Assembly (NCBI GenBank): GCA_964416095.1
Contig: CAYQCY010000003.1
Location: forward strand, 27,877-91,876
DNA: 64,000 bases
Direction: 5' to 3'
DNA from: an uncultured Gemmatimonadaceae bacterium
GTDB taxonomy: Bacteria > Gemmatimonadota > Gemmatimonadetes > Longimicrobiales > RSA9
In this document: piece after piece, positions 54,434-63,441 of the stretch
How positions within the stretch are numbered: position 1 is the first letter of the stretch
Layout of the letters: each line of letters starts with the position of its first letter
Position numbers and translations under genes: made by a program
The notes under the pieces: generated by a model
Database searches by the model: none
Told to the model about the DNA's origin: nothing
What the model saw: the letters and a program-made list of their open reading frames with translations, nothing else

Positions 54434-55705
54434 CTACGGCAGCCCGGCGGACAGGTTCTCGCACCCGCTTTCCGTAACGAGCACGTCGTCTTCGAGGCGT
54501 GCGCCAATGCCGCGGAGCCCGTCGGACGCGTTCTCGTCATCGGCGGGGATGTAGAGGCCGGGCTCGACGGTGAGGACCATGCCGGCCTGGAGGGGTCGGG
54601 GCTCGCCGTGCAGCGTGTAGCCGCCGACGTCGTGGACGTCGAGGCCGAGCCAGTGGGAGGTGCGGTGGGGGAAGTAGGGCTTGGTCTTCTCCTCGTCTTC
54701 GAGGAGCTCGTCGAGGCGGCCGCGGGCCAGTCCGAGATCGAGCATGGCGGTGGCCAGGACCCGGCGGGCGGCGTTGTGCACGTCCCCCACGGTGGCGCCG
54801 GGTCGAAAGGCGTCGAGGGCGGCGGTGCGGGCCGCGTCGACGGTGTCGAGGACGTCCCGGCCCGGTCCGGAGGCGGTGCCGCCCACCGGGACGGTGCGGG
54901 TGATATCGGCGTTGTAGTGGTTCAGGCGAGCCCCGGCGTCCACCAGGAGGAGCTCGCCGTCGTGCATGGTGCGCTGGTTGGCGCCGTAGTGGAGGACGGT
55001 GGCGTTGGGTCCCGACGCGGCGATGGTGGGGAAGGCGAACCCGTCGGCGCCGCGGCTGCGGAAGCCGGCTTCCATGGCGGCTTCCACCTCCCACTCGCCG
55101 CGGCCGTCGCCGGCGCGGGCGAGGGCCTCGGGGAAGGCCCGGACGGTGATCTCGACGGCCTGGCGGATGCGGTGGATCTCGTCGTCGTCCTTGACGATGC
55201 GGAGGTCATCCAGGACGGTTCCCGGATCCACGACGGTGTCGGGGCCCTTGCCGGAGCGCTGCTTCCGTCCGCGCGCCTGGCGCAGGGATTCGCGCACCGT
55301 CTCCTCGAGCCGTCCCCGGAGGCTGTCCAGGCGGACGAAGAGGCGGGGCGCGTCCTGGAGGAGGGGTGGCAGCTTCTCCTCCACCTGGTCGAGGGTGTAG
55401 ACGGTGTCGGCGCCGTAGCGTGTGGCCGCCTCCTCGATGCACAAGCGGGGCCCCGTCCAGCGCTCGGCGTCGGCGTCGGGCGGCCGGACGAAGAGGACGA
55501 AGGGGCCGTCCTCGTGGGCGGTGAGAACCGCCACGGCGCCGGGCTCGCCGCAGCCGGTGAGGTAGTAGAGCTCGGCGTCGGCGATGTAGCGGACCTCGGT
55601 GTCGCGGCCGGTGGTGAGCTCGGGCGCCGCGGGAAGGACCATGGCGCCGCCGTCCAGACGGTCCAGTACGGCGGCGCGCCGCCGGGCGAAGGCCGTGGCG
55701 GTCAT
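54434..55705 (-). CDS. pepP: Xaa-Pro aminopeptidase (M24B)
   Basis: Start MTATAFARRR (ATG 55705). DAGARLNHYNADITRT, HWLGLDVHD, VEPGLY and EDDVLVT carry the metal ligands. Confidence 0.9.
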   Translation of the reverse strand: MTATAFARRRAAVLDRLDGGAMVLPAAPELTTGRDTEVRYIADAELYYLTGCGEPGAVAVLTAHEDGPFVLFVRPPDADAERWTGPRLCIEEAATRYGADTVYTLDQVEEKLPPLLQDAPRLFVRLDSLRGRLEETVRESLRQARGRKQRSGKGPDTVVDPGTVLDDLRIVKDDDEIHRIRQAVEITVRAFPEALARAGDGRGEWEVEAAMEAGFRSRGADGFAFPTIAASGPNATVLHYGANQRTMHDGELLLVDAGARLNHYNADITRTVPVGGTASGPGRDVLDTVDAARTAALDAFRPGATVGDVHNAARRVLATAMLDLGLARGRLDELLEDEEKTKPYFPHRTSHWLGLDVHDVGGYTLHGEPRPLQAGMVLTVEPGLYIPADDENASDGLRGIGARLEDDVLVTESGCENLSAGLP

Positions 55706-57147
55706 CCCTTGAGCACGCCCAGGGGCCGGAGCCGGACGACCTTGCGGCCGATGCCGGCCCGGTCCACCACGTCCACCACGCTGGCCACGTCCTTGTAGGC
55801 CTCGGGGATCTCCTCGGCCACGGTGCCGAAGGAGGAGGCCCGGACCTGGATGCCCCGGTCCTCGAACTCGGTGCGCAGGTTCCGGCCCCGGGCCGATTTC
55901 TTGGCCTGTCGCCGGCTCATGCGGCGGCCGGCGCCGTGGCATGTGGAGCCGAAGGTCTCCCGGTAGGCCCCCTCGGTGCCCAGCAGCACGTACGAGTAGC
56001 GGCCCATGTCGCCGGGGATGAAGACGGGCTGGCCCAGGTCCCGGTAGGCGGCGGGGACCTCGTCGTGCCCGGGCGGGAAGGCCCGGGTGGCGCCCTTGCG
56101 GTGGACGCAGACGCGTCGCTCCCTGCCATCCACCTCGTGGGTCTCCCACTTGGCGATGTTGTGGGCGACGTCGTAGACGAGGCCCATGCCGAGCTCGCCC
56201 CAGGGCCGCTGGAAGGTCTCGGCGAAGACCTCCCGGACCCTGTGGCCCATCATCTGGCGGTTGGCGAAGGCGAAGTTCGCCGCGGCGGCCATGGCGGCCA
56301 TGTAGTCCGTGGCCTCGGGCGAGTCCAGGGGCGCACAGGCCAGTTGCCGGTCCGGCAGGTCGATGCCGTAGGACGACGCGGCCTTGAGCATGGTGTCGAG
56401 GGAGTCGTCGCAGACCTGGTAGCCGAGCCCCCGGGATCCGCTGTGGATGAACGTGGTGACGGTGCCTTCCTCGAGCCCGAGCCGGGCCGCGGCGGCGTTG
56501 TCGTACACCTCGTCCACCCAGCCCACCTCGATGAAGTGGTTGCCCGAGCCCACGGTGCCGAGCTGGTCCCGACCCCGCTCGACGGCCCGCTTGCTCACGG
56601 CGTCCGGGTCGGCGCCGTCCAGCACGCCCCCCGCCTCGATCCGGGCCAGGTCGCCGTCGGTTCCGTAGCCCTGCCCCACAACCCACGCCGCCCCTTCTTC
56701 CAGGACGCGGCGGATGTCTTTGGCGCTGAGGACGAAGGATTCGTACCCCTTTCCGACGCCGGCGGGGACCCGGTCGTAGAGGCGGTCCATGAGGCGTCCG
56801 AGCCTGGACCGTACATCATCCACGTGGACGGACGAGCGGAGCAGTCGGACGCCGCAATTGATGTCGTACCCCACGCCGCCGGGGCTCACCACACCGCCTT
56901 CGTCCGGATCGAAGGCGGCCACGCCGCCGATGGCGAAGCCGTAGCCCCAGTGGATGTCGGGCATGCCGATGGAGCGACCCACGATGCCGGGCAGGCATGC
57001 CACGTTCGCCACCTGCTCCAGCGCCTGGTCGCTGCGGATCTCCTCCATCATGGCTTCGCCGGCGAACACGAGCCCCTCGACCCGCATGGCGCCGGTCTTC
57101 GGGATGCGCCAGCGATACTCATCGATCCGTTCTACGGTCACCTTCAT
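55702..57147 (-). CDS. rtcB: RNA-splicing ligase RtcB
   Basis: 481 aa. MPDIHWGYGF, GGVGYDINCG, HSGSRGLG, HGAGR. ATGA overlap with pepP. Confidence 0.93.
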   Translation of the reverse strand: MKVTVERIDEYRWRIPKTGAMRVEGLVFAGEAMMEEIRSDQALEQVANVACLPGIVGRSIGMPDIHWGYGFAIGGVAAFDPDEGGVVSPGGVGYDINCGVRLLRSSVHVDDVRSRLGRLMDRLYDRVPAGVGKGYESFVLSAKDIRRVLEEGAAWVVGQGYGTDGDLARIEAGGVLDGADPDAVSKRAVERGRDQLGTVGSGNHFIEVGWVDEVYDNAAAARLGLEEGTVTTFIHSGSRGLGYQVCDDSLDTMLKAASSYGIDLPDRQLACAPLDSPEATDYMAAMAAAANFAFANRQMMGHRVREVFAETFQRPWGELGMGLVYDVAHNIAKWETHEVDGRERRVCVHRKGATRAFPPGHDEVPAAYRDLGQPVFIPGDMGRYSYVLLGTEGAYRETFGSTCHGAGRRMSRRQAKKSARGRNLRTEFEDRGIQVRASSFGTVAEEIPEAYKDVASVVDVVDRAGIGRKVVRLRPLGVLKG

Positions 57148-57199
57148 GGTTTCCTGCCCTTCCGCTGCACGCGCGTTCCCAGCGATCCGGCCGGTCGCG

Positions 57200-57652
57200 T
57201 CACACGTCGAAGATCACGGTGGCGGTCCAGCCGTCGTCGCCCCGTTCCACGGCGAGCCCGTGGTACGTGACGCCTTTGAGCTCCGTCTCGGGCGCGGCCG
57301 GTGGCGCGCCGCGCACCTCCGCCTCCAGGTGCTCCGGCTCCAGGTGCTGGAACCGTGCGCTCCGGTACTCGAAATCCCGGACCTGGATCAGGAAGAGGAG
57401 CTCCCGCAGCCACGCCACCAGGAGGGTCTCCAGATCGCCGGCCTCCAGCGCCACGCGCCGGACTTCTCCCGCCGGCTCGCCGGCCGCTCCCCCCGCATCG
57501 GTCTCCCGCGCCTCGTCGGCCTCGCCGCGTATCACGGCGATCATGCCGCGCGCGGCCCGATGGAAGAGGGCGTCCAGCGCCGGCGCCCGGACCCGGATGC
57601 CGACATCGGCGGTGTGGTCCAGGACGGTGACGCCCTGTGGCCAGCCGGTCAC
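57200..57652 (-). CDS. archease (RtcB activator)
   Basis: LDHTADVGIRV...KGVTYHGLAV...ATVIFDV. I prefer GTG 57652, which overlaps the Nfu_N stop (GTGA). The track start is 57700. Confidence 0.85.
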   Translation of the reverse strand: MTGWPQGVTVLDHTADVGIRVRAPALDALFHRAARGMIAVIRGEADEARETDAGGAAGEPAGEVRRVALEAGDLETLLVAWLRELLFLIQVRDFEYRSARFQHLEPEHLEAEVRGAPPAAPETELKGVTYHGLAVERGDDGWTATVIFDV

Positions 57653-57921
57653 ATGGCCGAGCGGATCGCGTCCTCCACCCGGGGAATCAGGTCGTCCCAT
57701 TCGGTAGCCGGGGTCTTGGTGACGGTGATGAAATCGTCCACCATGAAGATGCTGCGGACGCCGGGGAGCGCCATGAGCGACTCGCCGACGGGATCGTCCC
57801 GGGCATCCTCCGCCTCGAAGAACGACCGGGATCCGCCGGAGGGCACCACCTGGCGGTCCACCACGAACTTCCCCGCGTTGGGGTTCGGGGTCGGGTGGAA
57901 CGCGACCTTCGGCTCGGCCAT
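57649..57921 (-). CDS. Nfu/NifU N-terminal-domain protein
   Basis: MAEPKVAFHPTPNPNAGKFVV...LPGVRSIFMVDDFITVTK. GAGGAGGG SD before ATG 57921. Confidence 0.75.
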   Translation of the reverse strand: MAEPKVAFHPTPNPNAGKFVVDRQVVPSGGSRSFFEAEDARDDPVGESLMALPGVRSIFMVDDFITVTKTPATEWDDLIPRVEDAIRSAM

Positions 57922-57943
57922 GCCCTCCTCGCTGCTCAGGCGC

Positions 57944-58165
57944 TCACCACGGCTCCGGCTCGTCCCAGTCCTCGTTCCAGAACCGCTCCTCCTCCTCACG
58001 GGCCTCGTCCAGGTCCAACGGCTCGTCGACTTCCACCCAGCCGGCGTTCTCGATCTGCTGGATGTCGGCGTCGTCCAGCCGCTTCCTCCGGTCGAGCCGA
58101 CGACGCGTGGCGATCCACGCCGCTACAGCCAGCACCGACAGGACGGAGAGGAGGACGGTGACCAC
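57944..58165 (-). CDS. hypothetical small TM protein with an acidic tail
   Basis: GTG start 3 nt after the DksA-like stop. VTVLLSVLSVLAVAAWIA is the TM segment, followed by ...DEAREEEERFWNEDWDEPEPW. Uncertain. Confidence 0.4.
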   Translation of the reverse strand: MVTVLLSVLSVLAVAAWIATRRRLDRRKRLDDADIQQIENAGWVEVDEPLDLDEAREEEERFWNEDWDEPEPW

Positions 58166-58167
58166 GC

Positions 58168-58566
58168 TCAGGCCGCTTCGTTCTCGTCGACCCCCTCGCC
58201 GTTCTCCTCCACGTGCCGCTTGCAGGAGACGCAGTACCGGGCGGCCGGCACGATCTCGAGGCGCTCGAAGCCGATCTCGCCGCCGCACCGTTCACACTTC
58301 CCGAATTCCTCCGGCCTCTTGTACAGCTTGCGCAGGGCTTCGTCGACGGCATAGAGCTGGCGGCCATCCTGCGAGGCGAGCAGGAACTCCTTCTCCTGCT
58401 CCATCGTCTCCGTGCCCTCGTCCGCCATGTGCAACGGGTAGTGGGAGATCTCGCCGTCCTGGTCGATCTCGGCGAATCGCTCATCGAACTCCGCCAGGTG
58501 CTCCAGGAGCCTCCCTCGTTCTTTCAGGAGCAGCTTTTCGATCTTCTCGCGCTGCCGTTTGTTCAT
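58168..58566 (-). CDS. DksA/TraR-family C4 zinc-finger protein
   Basis: Start MNKRQREKIEKLL. Coiled-coil N-terminal part, then CERCGGEI...YCVSC. Confidence 0.85.
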   Translation of the reverse strand: MNKRQREKIEKLLLKERGRLLEHLAEFDERFAEIDQDGEISHYPLHMADEGTETMEQEKEFLLASQDGRQLYAVDEALRKLYKRPEEFGKCERCGGEIGFERLEIVPAARYCVSCKRHVEENGEGVDENEAA

Positions 58567-58643
58567 GACACCAGCCCGTTGTTGGTGATGGTGCGCCCTC
58601 GCGGGCCATTCATATTGAGCGGCAAAGGCCGTGCCGCGTGGCC

Positions 58644-59636
58644 TCAGGGGTCCGTCGCGGTGGCGGTACCCTCGAGCCGGGGAAGCAGCATCTCGGGAAT
58701 CGGCAACCGGATCGTCCGGCCCCTGTCCACACGTCCGTCCCCATCCCCGTCCCAGGCCTCGCGCTCCAGGATGCCATCTCCGTCCAGATCGTACAGGTGC
58801 TTGCGCACGACGCCGCCGGACGCCAGCACGATGAACCGTCCGTCGCGCGGGGTGCGCCATACCGTCGCGTGCACGGACGTGGGCTCCGCCGGATCGCCGC
58901 ACACGGCGGTCCGCTCGCCGAGCCGCTCCAGCCGCGTCGTGTCGGGCATGGGCCCGGCCGGTCCCGGTGGTCCGGCGGTCGGCTCTCCGTGCATCGCGGC
59001 ACGCTGCACCATCGCCTCGTCCAGGGCCAGGGTCAGGATACCCGTCTGGCGCCGGACCAGGTCGCCGCCCTCGAAGGCGTAGAACACGCGGATCGACCGC
59101 AGCGTCTCCGGATCCGGGAACGGTGCAGGAATGAACTCGGGCACCGAGTCGGCCAGGACGATGCAGTAGACGAAGGGGACGACGACCTCCACCCAGAGCG
59201 TGTCCAGACCGGGCAGCAGCTCCGGCAGCCGCCCGGGGGCCACGGGCTCGAACTCCGGCTCGAAGGCGTACCGGACCAGCGGGCCGGCCGCGCTGGTGCC
59301 GGCGGCGAGCTGGCGTCCGTCGGCGGCGGTGAGGCGAACCCGCTCCGGCACGCTCAGCTCGAGGCGGCTCGGCCGGGCCGGCGCCTCGCCGGCGTTGCGT
59401 ATCCCCAGGACCAGGGGTACCCGGCTCACGGCTCCCGGCAGGTGCGGCTCCCGCTCCACCTCGGGCCCCACGGCGACCGAGTCCCGGAACCGTCCGTCCC
59501 TGTCCAGGACCACGAGCTGCAGCTCGGCGGAGGAGGACGCACGGGGGGCCAGGACGACCGCCGCCGCGGCGACCGCCATCAGGACCAGGACGATCCAGGC
59601 CCGTCGGCTGAGCCCCGACCGGGTCCGCTTCGTCAT
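58644..59636 (-). CDS. hypothetical membrane-anchored protein with a C-terminal EF-hand-like DxDxDG pair
   Basis: N-terminal TM AWIVLVLMAVAAAAVVLA. C-terminal YDLDGDGILEREAWDGDGDGRVD. Confidence 0.6.
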   Translation of the reverse strand: MTKRTRSGLSRRAWIVLVLMAVAAAAVVLAPRASSSAELQLVVLDRDGRFRDSVAVGPEVEREPHLPGAVSRVPLVLGIRNAGEAPARPSRLELSVPERVRLTAADGRQLAAGTSAAGPLVRYAFEPEFEPVAPGRLPELLPGLDTLWVEVVVPFVYCIVLADSVPEFIPAPFPDPETLRSIRVFYAFEGGDLVRRQTGILTLALDEAMVQRAAMHGEPTAGPPGPAGPMPDTTRLERLGERTAVCGDPAEPTSVHATVWRTPRDGRFIVLASGGVVRKHLYDLDGDGILEREAWDGDGDGRVDRGRTIRLPIPEMLLPRLEGTATATDP

Positions 59637-59664
59637 GGCGTCGCCGGCTCCTTCCCCGCGTCCC

Positions 59665-60843
59665 TCACGACGTGTACTTCAGACCGCTACCGGTGTTGAA
59701 CAGCAGCACCTCGTCGTCGGGCCGTACGTGCCCCGCCTCGAGAAGCGGAGCGATGGCGGCCGCGGTCGCTCCACCTTCCGGCGCCGCGAACACGCCGGTG
59801 GTGCGCCCGATGAGGGCGACCCCCCGTATCATGTCGTCGTCGTCCACGGCGACGGCGGCGCCGCCCGATGCGCGGATCGCGTCCAGGATGATGAAGTCGC
59901 CGATGGCGCTGGGCACCCGCAGCCCGTTGGCGCAGGTGTGGGCGTCTTCCCACGGCTCGGCGTACTCCGTTCCTTCCTTCCACGCCCGCACGATGGGCGC
60001 ACAGCCGCTGCCCTGGACCGACACCATGCGCGGGCGCTCGGGCCCGATCCAGCCCATCGTCTCCATCTCGTCGAACGCCTTCCACATCCCCACCAGCCCG
60101 GTCCCGCCGCCCGTCGGATAGATGATGACGTCCGGGAGGTGCCCGAGCTGCTCGAACAACTCGTAGCCCATGGTCTTCTTCCCCTCCACCCGGTACGGCT
60201 CCTTGAGGGTGGACAGGTCGAACCAGCCATGCTCCCGGGCGCCTTCGGCGATGTACTTGCCGGCGTCGGTGATGAGGCCCTCCACCAGCTCGAGGTGTGC
60301 GCCCAGGGCCCGGATCTCCTGGATGATGGGCTTCGGCGTGTCCGTCGGTACCGCGATATGGACCGGAATGTCCGCCGCCGCGGCGTAGGCGGCCGCTGCC
60401 GAGCCGGCGTTCCCGGCCGAGGGGATGGCCAGCGCCTCCACGCCGATCTCGGCGGCTCGCGCCACCGCCATGCCCAGGCCCCGGGCCTTGAAGCTGCCCG
60501 TCGGGTTCTGGCCTTCGTCCTTCATCCAGAGCTGCCGCACGCCCAGGGCCTCGGCCAGCCGCGACGCGTCCAGCATGGGCGTGAACCCCTCGCCCAGCGT
60601 GATGCGGAACGCCGCATCGTGCACCGGCAGCACCTCGGCGTAGCGCCACATGTCGGCGCGCCGGCCCGTCAGGTTCTCGGGACGGAACGTCTCGGCGATG
60701 GCATCCAGATCGTAGCGTGCGAACAGGGGCTTCTCGCAGCACGGCGAAAGACGAATCGCCTGTTCCGTCTCCTCGATGGTCTTGCCGCAACGCGTGCACT
60801 CGAGGTGGTCCACGCCCGGCGCTCTCGTTGCCGTGATCGTCAT
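59665..60843 (-). CDS. thrC: threonine synthase (PLP fold type II)
   Basis: Start MTITATRAPG (GGAGG 6 nt upstream). N-terminal Zn-ribbon-like CTRCG...CC. NPTGSFKARG carries the PLP lysine. Confidence 0.85.
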   Translation of the reverse strand: MTITATRAPGVDHLECTRCGKTIEETEQAIRLSPCCEKPLFARYDLDAIAETFRPENLTGRRADMWRYAEVLPVHDAAFRITLGEGFTPMLDASRLAEALGVRQLWMKDEGQNPTGSFKARGLGMAVARAAEIGVEALAIPSAGNAGSAAAAYAAAADIPVHIAVPTDTPKPIIQEIRALGAHLELVEGLITDAGKYIAEGAREHGWFDLSTLKEPYRVEGKKTMGYELFEQLGHLPDVIIYPTGGGTGLVGMWKAFDEMETMGWIGPERPRMVSVQGSGCAPIVRAWKEGTEYAEPWEDAHTCANGLRVPSAIGDFIILDAIRASGGAAVAVDDDDMIRGVALIGRTTGVFAAPEGGATAAAIAPLLEAGHVRPDDEVLLFNTGSGLKYTS

Positions 60844-61033
60844 GACGGCCTCCCCCGCTGTTGAATCCGTGGGGTGAAGATAGAAGGCCAGACCGCCCAC
60901 GCCAGCCCGGGCCGTTGATGCCAGGGCGGGCGCGACTCATACTGGAGCGAACGCCCGGAACGGGGCTCTCCGCCTTTTTCGGGCAACCAAGCCAACCCCT
61001 CGCGGCATCAGAGTGGTTGGAACCGCGGAAAGC

Positions 61034-61576
61034 ATGAGTGAAGACCATCTGATCCACCGAGCGAAGCGCGGCGAGGCCGAGGCCTGTCGGGCACTGTACC
61101 AGCGGTACGCGCCGCGGGTCTACGCTGTCGTGCGGCGCATGGCGGGGGATGAAGCGCTGGCCGAGGACTGGGCGCAGGAGGCGTGGATACGAGCGTTCCG
61201 CGCCCTGCCCGGCTTCCGGGGTGACGCCAAGTTCTCCACCTGGCTGCACCGGGTGGCCGTGAACAGCGCGCTCCAGGGCCAGCGGAAGCGGAAGCGCCAC
61301 ACCAGCCGGGAAGCGCCGCTGGTCGAATCGCTGGCCACATCGTCGAGGGACCGGCCGGTGCTGCGCATGCGCCTGGAACGGGCGCTGCAGGAGCTGCCGG
61401 AGGGAATGCGCCAGGTCCTCGTGCTTCACGATGTGGAGGGGTACACCCACGAGGAGATCGGCGAGCTGCTGGGGGTCGCGCCGGGCACATCCAAGAGTCA
61501 GCTGTTCAAGGCTCGGGCGAAGATGCGCCTGATGCTTCGCCCCGAGGCGGCGGTCAGCGGAGGTAGCAGAGCATGA
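61034..61576 (+). CDS. ECF-type RNA polymerase sigma factor
   Basis: Region 2 (DWAQEAWIRAFRAL...FSTWLHRVAVN) and region 4 (VLVLHDVEGYTHEEIGELLGVAPGTSKSQLFKAR). Confidence 0.88.
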   Translation: MSEDHLIHRAKRGEAEACRALYQRYAPRVYAVVRRMAGDEALAEDWAQEAWIRAFRALPGFRGDAKFSTWLHRVAVNSALQGQRKRKRHTSREAPLVESLATSSRDRPVLRMRLERALQELPEGMRQVLVLHDVEGYTHEEIGELLGVAPGTSKSQLFKARAKMRLMLRPEAAVSGGSRA

Positions 61577-62220
61577 CAGAGCATATCGATCTCGAGACCC
61601 TGGCCCGCCTCGTCGACGAGGCGCCGGACGCGTCCGAACGCGCGCACCTCGAAGCCTGCGAGGCCTGCCGGGCCGAGCTGGAGGCGCTGCGCCGACAGAA
61701 GGACGAGCTGGCCAGCCTGCCGGCCCTGGAGCCGGCCGCGGACGCCTGGCCCGCCCTGGAAGCGCGCCTGCGGGACGAAGGGCTCATCCGGAACAGGGCG
61801 AAAGGCGGTGCCTCGACGTGGCTGCGCGCGGCGGCCGCGGCGGCGATCTTCCTCCTCGGCGGCGCCACCGGCTTCGCTGTGCGGGACGCCGGCCACGGCG
61901 CCGGCTATCCGGCGCTGCGCGGTGCGCGGCTCGCCTCTCTCGACACGCCGACGCTCGAGGAAGCCGAGCGCGCCGTCCAGGAGGCGCAGGAGCTGTACCT
62001 GGCCGCCCTGGCCGACTACGCCGAGCTGACCAACGCTCCGGCCGTAGGCGATCCGGCGGCACGACTGGCCGCGCTGGACAACATCGTGCTCACCACCCAG
62101 ACAGCGCTCAACGAGGCACCGGCCGACCCGGTCCTCAACGGCTACCTCTTCACGGCGCTGGCGCAGCGGGACGTCATGACCCGTGAGCTCGCCCGGGACG
62201 AGGGGGACCCGTGGTTCTGA
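61573..62220 (+). CDS. anti-sigma factor (zf-HC2-like, single TM)
   Basis: ATGA overlap with the sigma gene. HLEACEACRAEL motif. TM segment AAAAAAIFLLGGATGFAV. Confidence 0.7.
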   Translation: MTEHIDLETLARLVDEAPDASERAHLEACEACRAELEALRRQKDELASLPALEPAADAWPALEARLRDEGLIRNRAKGGASTWLRAAAAAAIFLLGGATGFAVRDAGHGAGYPALRGARLASLDTPTLEEAERAVQEAQELYLAALADYAELTNAPAVGDPAARLAALDNIVLTTQTALNEAPADPVLNGYLFTALAQRDVMTRELARDEGDPWF

Positions 62221-63350
62221 TGGATGGCGGCATGACCATGCACCGACTGCTCACCGGTTTCCTCGCCCTGACGCTGGCCGCGCCCGCCGCGGCCCAGGAC
62301 GTTCCCCTGCCGGGCTGGCTCGGCATCATCGTGGAGGAGGCGTGGACGCTCCGGGACAGCGAGTGCCATCTGGCCGTCACCGTCGAGGACGTCTATCCCG
62401 GCGCCCCGGCGGACCGGGCCGGCCTCAGGAGCGGCGACGTGCTGCTGCGCATCGACGGGCGGGACGCCGTCGTCGGCATCGAGCACCTGTCCGCGAGCCG
62501 GCCGCGTGCCGGCGACAGCGTCCGCTTCACCGTCTCGAGGGACGGGAAGGTTCGCGAGCTGGTGGCCGTGGCCGGGACCCGGCCGGACCGGCTGCCGCCG
62601 CGACCGGTGGCGGAGGACAGGCGGGTCCGCACCCTGGTCGCGCCGCGCAGCGTCTTCCGCGTCGCACCGGATTCCGTGATCGTGTGCGGCGAGCCCTTCC
62701 CCGCCCGCGTCGCCGCGGGCGCCCCGAACACCAAGGGCTTCCTCGTCATCCAGGCACGGGCCGACAGCCTGCGCCAGGTCATGGCACGGCGGGCCCTCGA
62801 GGCCCGCGTCGCCGTGGACACCATCCACCAGCGCGTCATCGTCACGGGAACGACCGGTGTCTTCTCCTTCCGGACCCGCGAAGCGGCACCCGAGCCGCCC
62901 GAAAGCCCGCAAGTGGTCTGGCTCAACCCGGAGGGCGTGCCCCTGCCTGATTCGCTGCGCGTGGCGTTCCGGCTCCCACCCCTGCCCGACGAGCCGACCG
63001 TGGAAGCCATCGTGCGCGGTGTGCCCGGCACCCTCGACCTGGTCCACACCTCCGCTTTCCGCCGCGGTACCCGCGCCGTGGCCGGCGCCGCGTTCGCCGA
63101 GCTGAACGAAGACCTCGCCCGGTACTTCCGCGGCGCGCATCGCGGTCTCCTGGTCCTCCAGGTCGTGGCAGGCACCCCCGCCGCCCGGGCCGGCCTCCGA
63201 CCCGGAGACGTCGTCATCGCCGGCAACGGCAGCCCGCTCCGGTCCGTCGAAGAGCTCCGCGCACTCCTCGCCCGGCGCACCGATCGAGTCCTGGCCCTCG
63301 ACATCATACGCGAGGGCCAGCGCCGCGCTCTCTCCCTCGCCTGGGACTGA
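62220..63350 (+). CDS. secreted protein with two PDZ domains
   Basis: Signal LLTGFLALTLAAPAAAQ. PDZ-like blocks: VYPGAPADRAGLRSGDVLLRIDG and VVAGTPAARAGLRPGDVVIAGNG. Confidence 0.75.
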   Translation: MDGGMTMHRLLTGFLALTLAAPAAAQDVPLPGWLGIIVEEAWTLRDSECHLAVTVEDVYPGAPADRAGLRSGDVLLRIDGRDAVVGIEHLSASRPRAGDSVRFTVSRDGKVRELVAVAGTRPDRLPPRPVAEDRRVRTLVAPRSVFRVAPDSVIVCGEPFPARVAAGAPNTKGFLVIQARADSLRQVMARRALEARVAVDTIHQRVIVTGTTGVFSFRTREAAPEPPESPQVVWLNPEGVPLPDSLRVAFRLPPLPDEPTVEAIVRGVPGTLDLVHTSAFRRGTRAVAGAAFAELNEDLARYFRGAHRGLLVLQVVAGTPAARAGLRPGDVVIAGNGSPLRSVEELRALLARRTDRVLALDIIREGQRRALSLAWD

Positions 63351-63441
63351 GCACCGGGACGGGCCCGCCACGCCGCCTATCGGCCCGTCCCGCCTGCACC
63401 TATCTTCTCCACACGATCACCGACCCTGTCCCGCCCGGTAC

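Noticed and set aside
60844-61033. An ECF-type autoregulated promoter (GGAAC...TCG) upstream of the sigma factor gene.
   Set aside because: Two GGAAC motifs occur, but neither has a convincing -10 partner at the correct spacing. This is too weak to annotate.
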